A stretch of 64,000 bases of DNA, taken from positions 128,001 through 192,000 of the forward strand of contig OZ244651.1 of assembly GCA_965218695.1 (NCBI GenBank). The letters run 5' to 3'. The translations under genes were made by a program, and so were the position numbers. Position 1 is the first letter of the stretch, and every line of letters begins with the position of its first letter. The notes beneath the pieces are model-generated. The model made no database searches, was not told the origin of the DNA, and saw only the letters and a list, made by a program, of their open reading frames with translations. Positions 9,301 to 18,047 of the stretch are shown here, piece after piece. Source of the DNA: Nitrosopumilus sp. (GTDB taxonomy: Archaea; Thermoproteota; Nitrososphaeria; Nitrososphaerales; Nitrosopumilaceae).

Positions 9301-10334
9301 GTGTGGACGACGGGGTAAGGTATGATCCGAACACGGAAGACTTTTCAGAAGCGACATCAGTACTTTCAGAGATTGTCCGGCGCCACGCAGACGACAGCGA
9401 AAGGACTGCAGTCCTTGCCCTGAGTTTCCAGGAGATAGTGCCGCTGATCCAGGCAGCATTACTCCATGACAACCTTGATGACGTTGTCTGGTTTAGCGGT
9501 ACAACGCCTACAGACCACGAGACAGACGATCCTGCCGTAGATGACTTTGTTCACACAGTAATGCTATCCGGTCCGCGGTATGAACTTCTGCCAAACCCCA
9601 CGCTTGATCAGGTAAATGCTGTCGTATCCGATGCCACCGGACAGATCCCGCTTGTATATACGGCAAGCGCATATGATGCCGTATGGATACTGGGACTTTC
9701 GGTACTGGCATCAAATTCTACTGATGCTGCTGCGGTTCTTGAGGCCATGCCCGGCGTACTGGACGGGTATGACGGGGCGCTCGGGAACGTATCCCTCAAC
9801 GAGGCAGGCGACCTTGCAAGTATCAACTATGGAATATACCAGTTCAGGGACTCTGCATGGCATTCTCTGGGATCCTATGACGTAGCCACAGATACAATTG
9901 TTGTTACCTTCACTGATGATAATCCTCCAGAGACCGGCCAGGGCGGCGGGTGCCTGATTGCAACTGCCGCATACGGCAGCGAACTGGCACCCAACGTCCA
10001 GATGCTGCGTGAGATCCGCGACGGCACGCTGCTATCCACCGCATCGGGCACGTCATTTGTGACTGGATTCAACCATGCGTACTATTCATTTTCGCCTGCC
10101 ATTGCAGATCTCGAAAGGGAGAACCCTGCATTCCGGGATGCGGTAAGGATAATGATCACGCCAGGCGTGCATGTGCTTGGCATAATGACGCTTGCAGATC
10201 CCGGCTCCGAGGCATCCGTACTGGCATTTGGGCTGCTCTCGATCGGTGCAGTGGCAGGAATCTATTTGGTGGGACCGGCCGTGGCAATACGTACCGTTCG
10301 CAGAAGAATAATGGCGTCCTCTCGAGGAGGGTAA
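6369..10334 (+). CDS. Secreted/anchored ABC-type branched-chain amino acid (type I PBP) binding protein with three tandem PBP domains and a C-terminal CFI-box-CTERM anchor
   Basis: Signal peptide, three repeats beginning IG(S/G)(L/I)(M/L)P(I/L)TG and ending GALG...LN.AGDL, then GGGCLIATAAYGSELAPNVQMLREIRD and a TM helix. Confidence 0.92.
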   Translation: MCCLISILKIHSFMILGMLVACMVAFDAHAQESDAGLSGEVRIGSLMPITGELEALGLEFQAAEVLAARDFNQYLTDKNADWSLKLIHEDTQSLPTVTLEKLELLHAQGITSVLGPLDSASLQYSRGYIDSNQILAVSCCSTSSLLAIPDDTIFRMSADDSGGSVVMANLLGHAGIDVMIPVWRADTWGVAYEDSMRQLFVAGGGIVDEGVRYDPGETDFSDSTSLLAQRVQVYVDEYGSHNVAIFYMGFGELVPFILHSSDHDILDDIRWFAADPNVQNPELVSDAGILRFVTDTDFTTLQATSGKNEVSRHVHDTLLAELGMEPIIFSSAAYDSVWITGLAMEMTQSTDVALLRDAIPVVAREHVGALGSIRLNDAGDLAHVNYDIWTIADGQWVMSGSYYPFNNEFVFSDATAGLPADDRITIGGILPITGDASISGEQLDVAVEYAEVRFNEYLQENGIDWTLHVVISDSTTDPGTALERLATYHENGISTVVGPYSSAELAAMKDYADSNGMILVSPGSTAPSLAIPDDSIFRLVPDDTQNGDVFAKLFEAKGITNVIPIWRGDTWGDGLVQVVRESFAELGGSVDDGVRYDPRTDDFSEDVSMLSEIVRRHTDDGNEGKTAVLALGFQEIVPLIHAALLHDNLDDVVWFVHSGTLPADELIGHSATADFMRTVMMTGPQFEPVPNPVLDQINAAVSDSTGRTPIVYVAGAYDAVWLLGLSILASGSADTAAILEAMPGVLDGYDGALGNVSLNGAGDLERTNYGIYHIQDSAWDRFGQYDGATNTITLTDDKAAMSGTYDPSATGLVTIGGILPLTGDGFLDGLQLKVATEYAEDRFNQYLQENSVGWTLDVVLADSQTSPETALEQLVRHHENGVNFVVGGYYSSELAVMKDYADSNGMILVSPGSTAPSLAIPDDSIFRLVPDDTQNGDVFAKLFEAKGITNVIPIWRGDTWGDGLVQVVRESFAELGGSVDDGVRYDPNTEDFSEATSVLSEIVRRHADDSERTAVLALSFQEIVPLIQAALLHDNLDDVVWFSGTTPTDHETDDPAVDDFVHTVMLSGPRYELLPNPTLDQVNAVVSDATGQIPLVYTASAYDAVWILGLSVLASNSTDAAAVLEAMPGVLDGYDGALGNVSLNEAGDLASINYGIYQFRDSAWHSLGSYDVATDTIVVTFTDDNPPETGQGGGCLIATAAYGSELAPNVQMLREIRDGTLLSTASGTSFVTGFNHAYYSFSPAIADLERENPAFRDAVRIMITPGVHVLGIMTLADPGSEASVLAFGLLSIGAVAGIYLVGPAVAIRTVRRRIMASSRGG
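7889..9329 (+). repeat. Near-identical intragenic direct repeat (about 7889-8162 vs about 9056-9329)
   Basis: About 275 bp with two visible mismatches. A second identical block of about 66 bp lies at 8581-8646 vs about 9737-9802. Confidence 0.85.
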
Positions 10335-10374
10335 TCTAGGGCATTGCCACCCGAATGCAACTATTAAATTCAGG

Positions 10375-12654
10375 ATGGGCCAAGCCAATCCTGTGAAGAT
10401 TGACACTACGCCGGAGTTTGTCTCTGGAGTTTATCAGAAATTAAGAAAAAACGTTGCCCGGTATCGCGATGTGGTCAAAAGGCCGCTCACGCTTGCAGAG
10501 AAGATACTGACAGGGCACCTTGACGTGATGGGCAATGGTGTCCCTGTGGGCGGACGAGACTATGTCCTTCTCAGGCCGGATCGAGTCGCGCTGCAGGACG
10601 TGACAGGCCAAATGGTCATGCTTCAGTTCATGCAGGCAGGACTGGACACGGCTGCCCTGCCAACCACGATGCACTGTGATCATCTAATCCGAGCAGAGGT
10701 TCGAGGGGACGTGGACATGAAGGTATCCCTTGACGAGAACAGCGAGGTCTTTAGATTTTTACAGTCGGCTGCTGCAAGATACGGGTGCGGATTCTGGAGG
10801 CCGGGGGCAGGAATCATACACCAGGTGGTTTTGGAAAACTATGCATTTCCTGGAGGACTGATGATTGGAACCGACTCGCACACACCCAATGCCGGAGGCC
10901 TTGGCATGGTTGCAATCGGGGTCGGCGGTCTTGACGCAGCCGAGACCATGGCCGACATGCCATGGGAGCTGCTGTACCCAAAAATAATCGGAGTCAGACT
11001 GACTGGCAGGCTCAACGGTTGGACTGCTCCCAAGGACGTAATATTGAAGGTTGCCGAGGAGCTTACAGTGTCCGGAGGCACCAATGCGATAGTGGAATAT
11101 TTTGGCCCCGGAACAGAATCCATCAGCTGCACAGGCAAGGCCACCATTACAAACATGGGAGCCGAGATAGGCGCGACCTGCTCCGTATTCCCGTACGATG
11201 ACAGGATGAGGACGTATCTGAACCATACCGGCAGGGCCGGAATATCAAAACTTGCAGACTCTTACAGGGATCTGCTTGCAGCCGATCCCGAGGTGGAGCA
11301 GACACCTGAAAAATTCTTTGATCGCATTATTGAAATCGACCTGTCTGCCTTGGAGCCGCACATAGTCGGACCGCACACGCCTGATCTGGCACGCCCCATC
11401 TCGGATCTGGCACGTGATGTCCAGTCCGAGGATTACGTGGATTCGATATCGGTTGCCCTGATTGGAAGCTGCACCAACTCGTCCTACGAGGACATGTCAA
11501 GGGCCGCAAGCCTGGCAGAACAGGCAAGGGCCATGGGAGTCAAATCCAAGATCCCGCTGCTAGTCACACCAGGCTCCGAACAGATTCGGGGCACAATAGA
11601 GCGGGATGGACAGATGGAGTCCCTCAAGGAGATTGGCGCCACGGTTCTTGCAAACGCATGCGGTCCGTGCATAGGCCAGTGGAACCGGCCGGAGATTGTA
11701 GAGGATCAGAGAAACACCATAGTTACGACATTTAACCGGAACTTTCCTGGCAGAAACGACGGACGCAGGAGCACGCTGAACTTTATCGGGAGCCCTGAGA
11801 TGATAATAGCACTGTCCCTGGGAGGGAGACTCTCATTTAACCCTATGACAGATTCCCTTGTGGCCTCTGACGGCACGCAGTTCCGACTGGAGCCGCCTGC
11901 ACCGGCACCGGAGGTTCCTGATGGCGGATTCATGAGGCCCGAGGGCGTGTATGTTGCCCCGCCGGAGAACCATGAGGGAATCGATGTGATGATTGATCCT
12001 GGCAGTAGACGACTCCAGTGCTTGGAGCCGTTTCCTGCATGGGACGGAAAAGACTTTGAGGATCTCCCAATAATGGTAAAGGCCAGCGGCAAGTGCACCA
12101 CGGATCACATATCCCCTGCAGGTGCGTGGCTTTCGCTCCGGGGACATCTTGACAACCTCAGCGACAACATGCTGCTTGGGGCAGTCAATGCCTTCAACGG
12201 CAAGGTGGGTGTGGGCAAAAATACACTGAACGGCCAGACAGAGCCGTTTGCAGATATTGCAAGACAGTACAAGGCAAGACAGATCAGGTGGGTCATAATT
12301 GGCGATGGCAACTACGGCGAGGGGAGCAGCAGGGAGCATGCTGCAATGACTCCCAGATACCTGGGATGTGCTGCGGTAATAACAAAGAGCATGGCCAGAA
12401 TACACGAGACCAACCTCAAAAAACAGGGAGTACTGGCACTGACGTTTGCAAATCCGGATGACTATGAGAGGATTCTTCAGGATGACAGGATCACCCTGCC
12501 CGGACTTGACGGGCTGGCACCCGGCAGACAGGTCCGGTGCGTAGTTGTGCATGCAGACGATACCCGAGAGGAGATTCTGCTGAACCACTCATACAATGAG
12601 ACCCAGCTGAGATGGTTCCGGGCGGGCTCTGCCCTGAATGTCCTTCGCAGTTAG
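10375..12654 (+). CDS. acnA: Aconitate hydratase (mitochondrial-type)
   Basis: DRVALQD, HCDH, GTDSHT, IGSCTNSS, NACGPCIGQW, TTDHISPAG, GEGSSREHAA. Confidence 0.96.
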   Translation: MGQANPVKIDTTPEFVSGVYQKLRKNVARYRDVVKRPLTLAEKILTGHLDVMGNGVPVGGRDYVLLRPDRVALQDVTGQMVMLQFMQAGLDTAALPTTMHCDHLIRAEVRGDVDMKVSLDENSEVFRFLQSAAARYGCGFWRPGAGIIHQVVLENYAFPGGLMIGTDSHTPNAGGLGMVAIGVGGLDAAETMADMPWELLYPKIIGVRLTGRLNGWTAPKDVILKVAEELTVSGGTNAIVEYFGPGTESISCTGKATITNMGAEIGATCSVFPYDDRMRTYLNHTGRAGISKLADSYRDLLAADPEVEQTPEKFFDRIIEIDLSALEPHIVGPHTPDLARPISDLARDVQSEDYVDSISVALIGSCTNSSYEDMSRAASLAEQARAMGVKSKIPLLVTPGSEQIRGTIERDGQMESLKEIGATVLANACGPCIGQWNRPEIVEDQRNTIVTTFNRNFPGRNDGRRSTLNFIGSPEMIIALSLGGRLSFNPMTDSLVASDGTQFRLEPPAPAPEVPDGGFMRPEGVYVAPPENHEGIDVMIDPGSRRLQCLEPFPAWDGKDFEDLPIMVKASGKCTTDHISPAGAWLSLRGHLDNLSDNMLLGAVNAFNGKVGVGKNTLNGQTEPFADIARQYKARQIRWVIIGDGNYGEGSSREHAAMTPRYLGCAAVITKSMARIHETNLKKQGVLALTFANPDDYERILQDDRITLPGLDGLAPGRQVRCVVVHADDTREEILLNHSYNETQLRWFRAGSALNVLRS

Positions 12655-12663
12655 GATTTGACG

Positions 12664-12816
12664 TGGGGCCGACCGGAATCGAACCGGCGACCTACGGGTC
12701 ACTACAGCTCCAAACTTACATCATCCCTGAGTCAGTGCAGCTTAGCTTACCTCTGGAGCCCTTAGCGGTGATCTTATCGTAGACACTGTCGCCCTACCAG
12801 GCTAGGCTACGACCCC
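12664..12816 (-). tRNA. tRNA-Trp(CCA) with two introns (about 12762-12787 and 12700-12752)
   Basis: Removing the 26-nt and 53-nt inserts gives a 74-nt cloverleaf GGGGTCG...ACGGG-CTCCAGA-CCCGT...GGTTCGATTCC...CGGCCCCA. Confidence 0.9.
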
Positions 12817-13351
12817 ACGACATATGGTGAAATGGACTTGGATTTTAACCTATTTTTGGAAGGGATTTTGCATCATCCAAACGACGCATCGGTGCTTTCC
12901 GAGAATCTTCAGGACAAGTCCCGTCCGGCCCATGCCTTTTTCCTCCTTTTGTTAGAATTAAGCCACAGTTGCTGGGACGATGATCCCCATCATAATATTC
13001 AACGCGGACGCGATTCTAACCGTGATGCGGCCCATGCGCTTTCTTCTCCGTGGGCATTATGTGCATGATGCACAACATCCTTGAGGCGGCAGCCATCGTC
13101 GCTTCTCCCCTGCCTCTCTTTTTTGCGATGCGCTTGCAAGTCTGCAATGTAGGAATCTCTTGTATGCCGCACGTGGGAATGGATGCATTCTGCAAGGATC
13201 CGGCACAGCGACTTGCCCCCCACGTCGGATTATCCGTCCCTGCTGCGCTGTTCCTGCAGGGTTTCTTGCCGACGACGAAATTCCAGGGGAGACGCGGGAA
13301 ACGTTACAGGATAACATGCCAGTTATTTACAAGTCACTGACAACCAACCCC

Positions 13352-15064
13352 ATGGGAACCGCCCGCAATGGTGGCAGTCGGGGCAGGATGGCGCGATCAG
13401 CCAAGGTTGTCTTCTTTGCAGGCCTGCTGCTAAGCCTCAACGGCGCAGTTTTCAGCCAGGAGGCCGACGCAACCGTGTGTTCTGGCGCAACAGAGGCATT
13501 CGAGCGTCCCAAGGAGAAGGTTGCAATCGTGACTGTCACCGTCATTTCTTCCGAAGAGAAAACCTATGATCCCCCAATAGATAACTACGAATACACCATC
13601 TCAAATCAAGTGACCGCCACCTTTGCCATTGACGAGACGATTTATGGTAACGAAGGGTTTCCGCTGGAATCGGATTCCATAAGCACGATCAACTCGCATG
13701 TCAAAAAAGCCGGGGACAGGTACGTTGTCGGATACGTTCAGTACGGAGGGGGATGGGTGACTCTGGATGGCTGTTCGCCATTGGAACCCATATCGTTTGT
13801 CGAGTTTGCGGCATTCTATGAGGACCTGCTGACAAATCCCTGCGGTGCCGACATGCACTATTTGATTAAAAACTCGGATCTGGAAAAAATCTGTGTCTCG
13901 CATGACACAAGGAACAAACTGATCGAGAGGGGATTGGGATTTTTCGTTCCCAGCTTGTTCTTTCACGAATGGAAACGCATAAGCGGCGATCCCCCGCTGG
14001 ACGTCAAATCGGATGCATACAGGCCATGGAGCAAGCCGCACTGCATCAGGGCAGTGGTATCGAGTACAGGCGACTACTGCGTCCCATACTGGGTCAGTCT
14101 GTCGTGGGAGGCCAAGAAGGGCAATACCGGCATATCGATCTCAAACCTTCCGAATCTGGGAGAAACTGCGACAGTCACGGTCTCGAATACGGATCCTGCA
14201 AACATCCGCCCACCAAACCACACAGTCTACGATAATTTTCGCATAGCACTGAGCGACAACCTTGCGTTTGTCAATGCCCCCGAGTCGGGACAGACATATC
14301 GCGGTAACTCCCTCTCTCAAGATCTTCCGCCCGCCCCGGAATCATTTCGCTTGGAGACGGCGATACGCGCAGTGGACGAGGGACGCGCCACCGTTTGGGT
14401 GGACGGAAGATCCTACGGTGACGACGTAATCCATTTCAACGTCGCAAACAGGACGACTGATGGCCACCCGTTCAAAAATTTCAGGGGGGACACCGTTTTT
14501 GCAACGCTTGTCACCGACAAGCTGTATTATGCATACAGGGAACCAGTCACGGTATCTGGCCAGTTCAGCGACTATGTCGGTAGATGGATCACCTTCGGCT
14601 CGGAACTCGTCCCGATTGACTCGGAAAACAGGTTCAGCACGCAGGTGGCCGGGAACAGCCTCAGATGGCTGTCAACTGATGAGGTGTACCTCGTGCTGCG
14701 CGACCGTTACTTTGAGGGGGTAGAGCAGATAAAGATCACGGTACGCGACACCCCCCCGCCCAACCTGCATCCATCTGCCATTGCCTCTTCGCAGTCATGG
14801 GAAATAGCAGAGAATACCATGGGTACGCTGACTGGCATCGGCTCTGATCCTGACAATGATCCGCTGACGTACCTGTGGGAACAGACCCACGGCCCAGATG
14901 CGGCACTGACTAACCGTGACATGCCGATCGCCGGATTTACTGCACCGGAAGTCCCGGAAGACACCGACATCCAGTTCACCCTTACCGTGTCTGACGGACA
15001 CCTGTATGGTACAGCTAAAATCCAACTCAGAGTCACGGATTCGCCGGACACTCTCGTACAGTAA
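13352..15064 (+). CDS. Secreted/surface protein with C-terminal PKD-like domain
   Basis: Signal-like N-terminus, a C..LIK....ICVS..T..KLIERG motif, and DPDNDPLTYLWEQTHGP...FTAPEV...FTLTVSDG. Start chosen from a TATA-like box at about 13323; the ORF opens at 13160. Confidence 0.78.
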   Translation: MGTARNGGSRGRMARSAKVVFFAGLLLSLNGAVFSQEADATVCSGATEAFERPKEKVAIVTVTVISSEEKTYDPPIDNYEYTISNQVTATFAIDETIYGNEGFPLESDSISTINSHVKKAGDRYVVGYVQYGGGWVTLDGCSPLEPISFVEFAAFYEDLLTNPCGADMHYLIKNSDLEKICVSHDTRNKLIERGLGFFVPSLFFHEWKRISGDPPLDVKSDAYRPWSKPHCIRAVVSSTGDYCVPYWVSLSWEAKKGNTGISISNLPNLGETATVTVSNTDPANIRPPNHTVYDNFRIALSDNLAFVNAPESGQTYRGNSLSQDLPPAPESFRLETAIRAVDEGRATVWVDGRSYGDDVIHFNVANRTTDGHPFKNFRGDTVFATLVTDKLYYAYREPVTVSGQFSDYVGRWITFGSELVPIDSENRFSTQVAGNSLRWLSTDEVYLVLRDRYFEGVEQIKITVRDTPPPNLHPSAIASSQSWEIAENTMGTLTGIGSDPDNDPLTYLWEQTHGPDAALTNRDMPIAGFTAPEVPEDTDIQFTLTVSDGHLYGTAKIQLRVTDSPDTLVQ

Positions 15065-15844
15065 TTCAACCCCCCGCCAATCCCACAGTAACCGGGCAGA
15101 TCATAGAAATCCTACAAAATAAGGAGAATGTATGCAGCATCACGCGTAATCATTCCTATCAAACGGCGATCAGGTTTCAGGGCATCCCTAGCCGGGACTG
15201 CAAAAACCTCGACATGGTGGTAAAAGATAATCGAACTGATCGTTCAAATCCCGCCAGCCACACCGTACCGTGTGTTCATATCCATGCAGAATATGGTATG
15301 AAATAAGTAAAATTCAGGCGTAAAACAATCTGTCTTGGCAGGCAGGATCGCAAATGTCAGGGAACGAACCGTCCATTGAAATTCCAAACAGTAAGGGAGA
15401 TACACGAACCGTTATCTGATAATAATTTTTATCATATGTGATCTGTGAATGTCTATGTTATTTTTCAATTCCAAAATATTCTTGAATTATTTCAAAACTG
15501 ATAATTCTGTGACGGTCGATTTTTTTATAAATTAAAAATGAACATTCATCACAATAAATCATGCAACAAACCGGTCCAACCATACCGAATAAAAAAATAA
15601 AATTCCCGATAATACGGAATGTAGGCATGAACCGTGGGATTTTACTGCGCTGTAGGCATACCAATACCTGAAAAAATACACAAAATGAAAATCCTCCCCA
15701 ACCCGTATACTCGCCAATAAACTGGGCGTTTGTGCTTGTAGCCATCCTCTGGCCGGACGTCGACTGCAGGCATCTCTGCTTTGAAACCGTGTGTTTTTGG
15801 CTAAGACTTATTTGCAATAACTTCCAATTCGATACTGTACATAC

Positions 15845-16378
15845 ATGGTCAAGAACATCTATCTTGCACTTGGAGCCATTCCGGTAATTGTGGCACTGCT
15901 CCTCTCGGTCCCGCTTCTGATACGCAACGAGATTCCAATCTCTGCGGCAAACTCCTTTGATAGAATCGAGATAGAGTACACCAAGCACCAGTTAAAAAAG
16001 ATCTCATACGGCGTCACCGAGAGGGTCGGGGCGCAAAAGACTGAGATTCTTCTGATCAAGGACGACGGCGCCACAAAGTACTCGGTAAACGAGGAGGGGT
16101 ACCTCCGGCCGGACATCCGGTCCACGCTTGATGATGCCCAACTTGACAGGATTAAGGCCCTGATAAAGGAGACCGGATTCATGTCCATCCCATCCGAGTC
16201 CTTTGAGGTGCCAGAGAATGTAACCGAATACCAAAAATCCAACGTAAAGGTCACGCTTAACGGCAGGGTCAACCAGATCTTCTGGCCGGAACAGGAAGTC
16301 ACGCCGGACTTTATACCGCCACTCATCACCATGGTCGAAGCCGAACTCGATCAGATAATATTCGATATTCGTGAATAG
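15845..16378 (+). CDS. Membrane-anchored hypothetical protein
   Basis: N-terminal TM segment; lies directly upstream of pdxS. Confidence 0.8.
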   Translation: MVKNIYLALGAIPVIVALLLSVPLLIRNEIPISAANSFDRIEIEYTKHQLKKISYGVTERVGAQKTEILLIKDDGATKYSVNEEGYLRPDIRSTLDDAQLDRIKALIKETGFMSIPSESFEVPENVTEYQKSNVKVTLNGRVNQIFWPEQEVTPDFIPPLITMVEAELDQIIFDIRE

Positions 16379-16390
16379 GTACAAATAGCC

Positions 16391-17377
16391 TTGAATGAAA
16401 ATCATGGCATGATTTCACTGTCCGGTCAGCGCAATGACGCCCGGGGAATTGTCTCTGAAAAGAGGGGCACCTACGATGTTACACGCGGCTCGTCTGTACT
16501 CAAGCGCGGCTTTGCCCACATGCTAAAGAACGGGGTGGTGATGGATGTCACCTCGGTCCAGCAGGCGCAGATAGCAGAGGATGCAGGGGCAGTATCTGTC
16601 ATGGTACTTGACAAGCTTCCATCCGATGTCAGAAAGGCAGGCGGCGTTGCAAGGACTGCAAGCGTAAAGGTAATTCAGGATATTATGAACTCTGTCACCA
16701 TTCCGGTAATGGCCAAGTGCAGGATAGGACATGTCAGCGAGGCACAGGTGCTGCAGGCATGCGATGTTGATATGATAGACGAATCCGAGGTCCTGACTCC
16801 CGCAGACGAGATGCACCACATCTGGAAGTGGGACTTTACAACCCCCTTTGTAAACGGCGCAAGATCCCTCGGAGAGGCGCTGCGCCGTATCGAAGAGGGG
16901 GCAGCAATGATAAGGACAAAGGGCGAGCCCGGGACGGGAAACGTGGCAGAGGCCATCACGCACATCAAGAAGGTAAATGACGAGCTCCGCCTGATATCCT
17001 CGGTGTACGATTCCGGCGACGATCAGGAGCTGGTCCGGATGGCAAGGGAGTTTCACGTATCATACGACATTGTAGAGCATACTGCAATGCTTCAGAGGCT
17101 GCCGGTGGTAAACTTTGCAGCAGGAGGAATCGCAACCCCTGCTGATGCTGCATATCTGATGTCGCTTGGATGCGACGGAATCTTTGTAGGCTCAGGAATC
17201 TTCAACTCTTCGGATGCCCCGCAGAGGGCCAAGGCAATAGTGCTGGCCGCCACCTTCTGGGATGATCCGGATCGTGTAATGGAGGCCCAACAGATGATTG
17301 ATGAAAGGGAGTCCATGCTGGGACTGGATGTAAACGCGTTGGACCTGCGGATGCAGGAACGAGGAGGCATGGCATGA
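16391..17377 (+). CDS. pdxS: Pyridoxal 5'-phosphate synthase lyase subunit
   Basis: [50 protein letters not shown]. Confidence 0.97.
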   Translation: MNENHGMISLSGQRNDARGIVSEKRGTYDVTRGSSVLKRGFAHMLKNGVVMDVTSVQQAQIAEDAGAVSVMVLDKLPSDVRKAGGVARTASVKVIQDIMNSVTIPVMAKCRIGHVSEAQVLQACDVDMIDESEVLTPADEMHHIWKWDFTTPFVNGARSLGEALRRIEEGAAMIRTKGEPGTGNVAEAITHIKKVNDELRLISSVYDSGDDQELVRMAREFHVSYDIVEHTAMLQRLPVVNFAAGGIATPADAAYLMSLGCDGIFVGSGIFNSSDAPQRAKAIVLAATFWDDPDRVMEAQQMIDERESMLGLDVNALDLRMQERGGMA

Positions 17378-17994
17378 GCATCAACATCGGCGTTCTCTCA
17401 ATCCAGGGGGATGTGGAGGAGAACATGCTGGCTGCCATGACTGCAATAGACGAGCTGGATGTAGACGGAACCGTATCTGATGTCAACACGCCTGAGGATG
17501 TGCCTGATCTGGATGCCCTGATAATTCCCGGAGGGGAGAGCACCACCATGGGACGCCTCTCTGCTGACAACGGCCTGCTTGATGCCATACGGGACAGAAT
17601 CTCGGAGGGGATGCCCGTTCTTGGGATATGTGCAGGCATGATAATGCTGTCTGCCAGCGCAGGAGACCGCGTAATGGGGGAGACGAAGCAGCCGCTCCTT
17701 GGAACGCTTGACATTACCGTGGAGAGAAACGCATTTGGAAGGCAGTCCCAGTCCTTTGAGGCAGAAGTCTCGATGGACTCCATTGGCATTCCCACGTTTT
17801 CCGGCGTATTCATCCGGGCGCCAGCAGTGACTGATGCAGGCTCTGCAGAAATCCTGACCAGACTTGACGGCAGGGCAGTCGCACTCAAAAAGGACAACAT
17901 CATAGGGACGTCGTTCCATCCGGAACTGACCGGCGACGTATCCCTGCACAAGTATCTTGTCAATCTTGCAGTCATATCTGCCAAGGACAAGTGA
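17374..17994 (+). CDS. pdxT: Pyridoxal 5'-phosphate synthase glutaminase subunit
   Basis: [32 protein letters not shown]. Confidence 0.97.
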   Translation: MSINIGVLSIQGDVEENMLAAMTAIDELDVDGTVSDVNTPEDVPDLDALIIPGGESTTMGRLSADNGLLDAIRDRISEGMPVLGICAGMIMLSASAGDRVMGETKQPLLGTLDITVERNAFGRQSQSFEAEVSMDSIGIPTFSGVFIRAPAVTDAGSAEILTRLDGRAVALKKDNIIGTSFHPELTGDVSLHKYLVNLAVISAKDK

Positions 17995-18047
17995 TTACCC
18001 GGGCCTGCCCCTGGCCTGCTACCGCCGCTACCGCATGCAGCAACTCT

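Noticed and set aside
7889-9329. Diversity-generating retroelement TR/VR pair
   Set aside because: No reverse transcriptase in the window; both copies are coding and the mismatches are few and synonymous.
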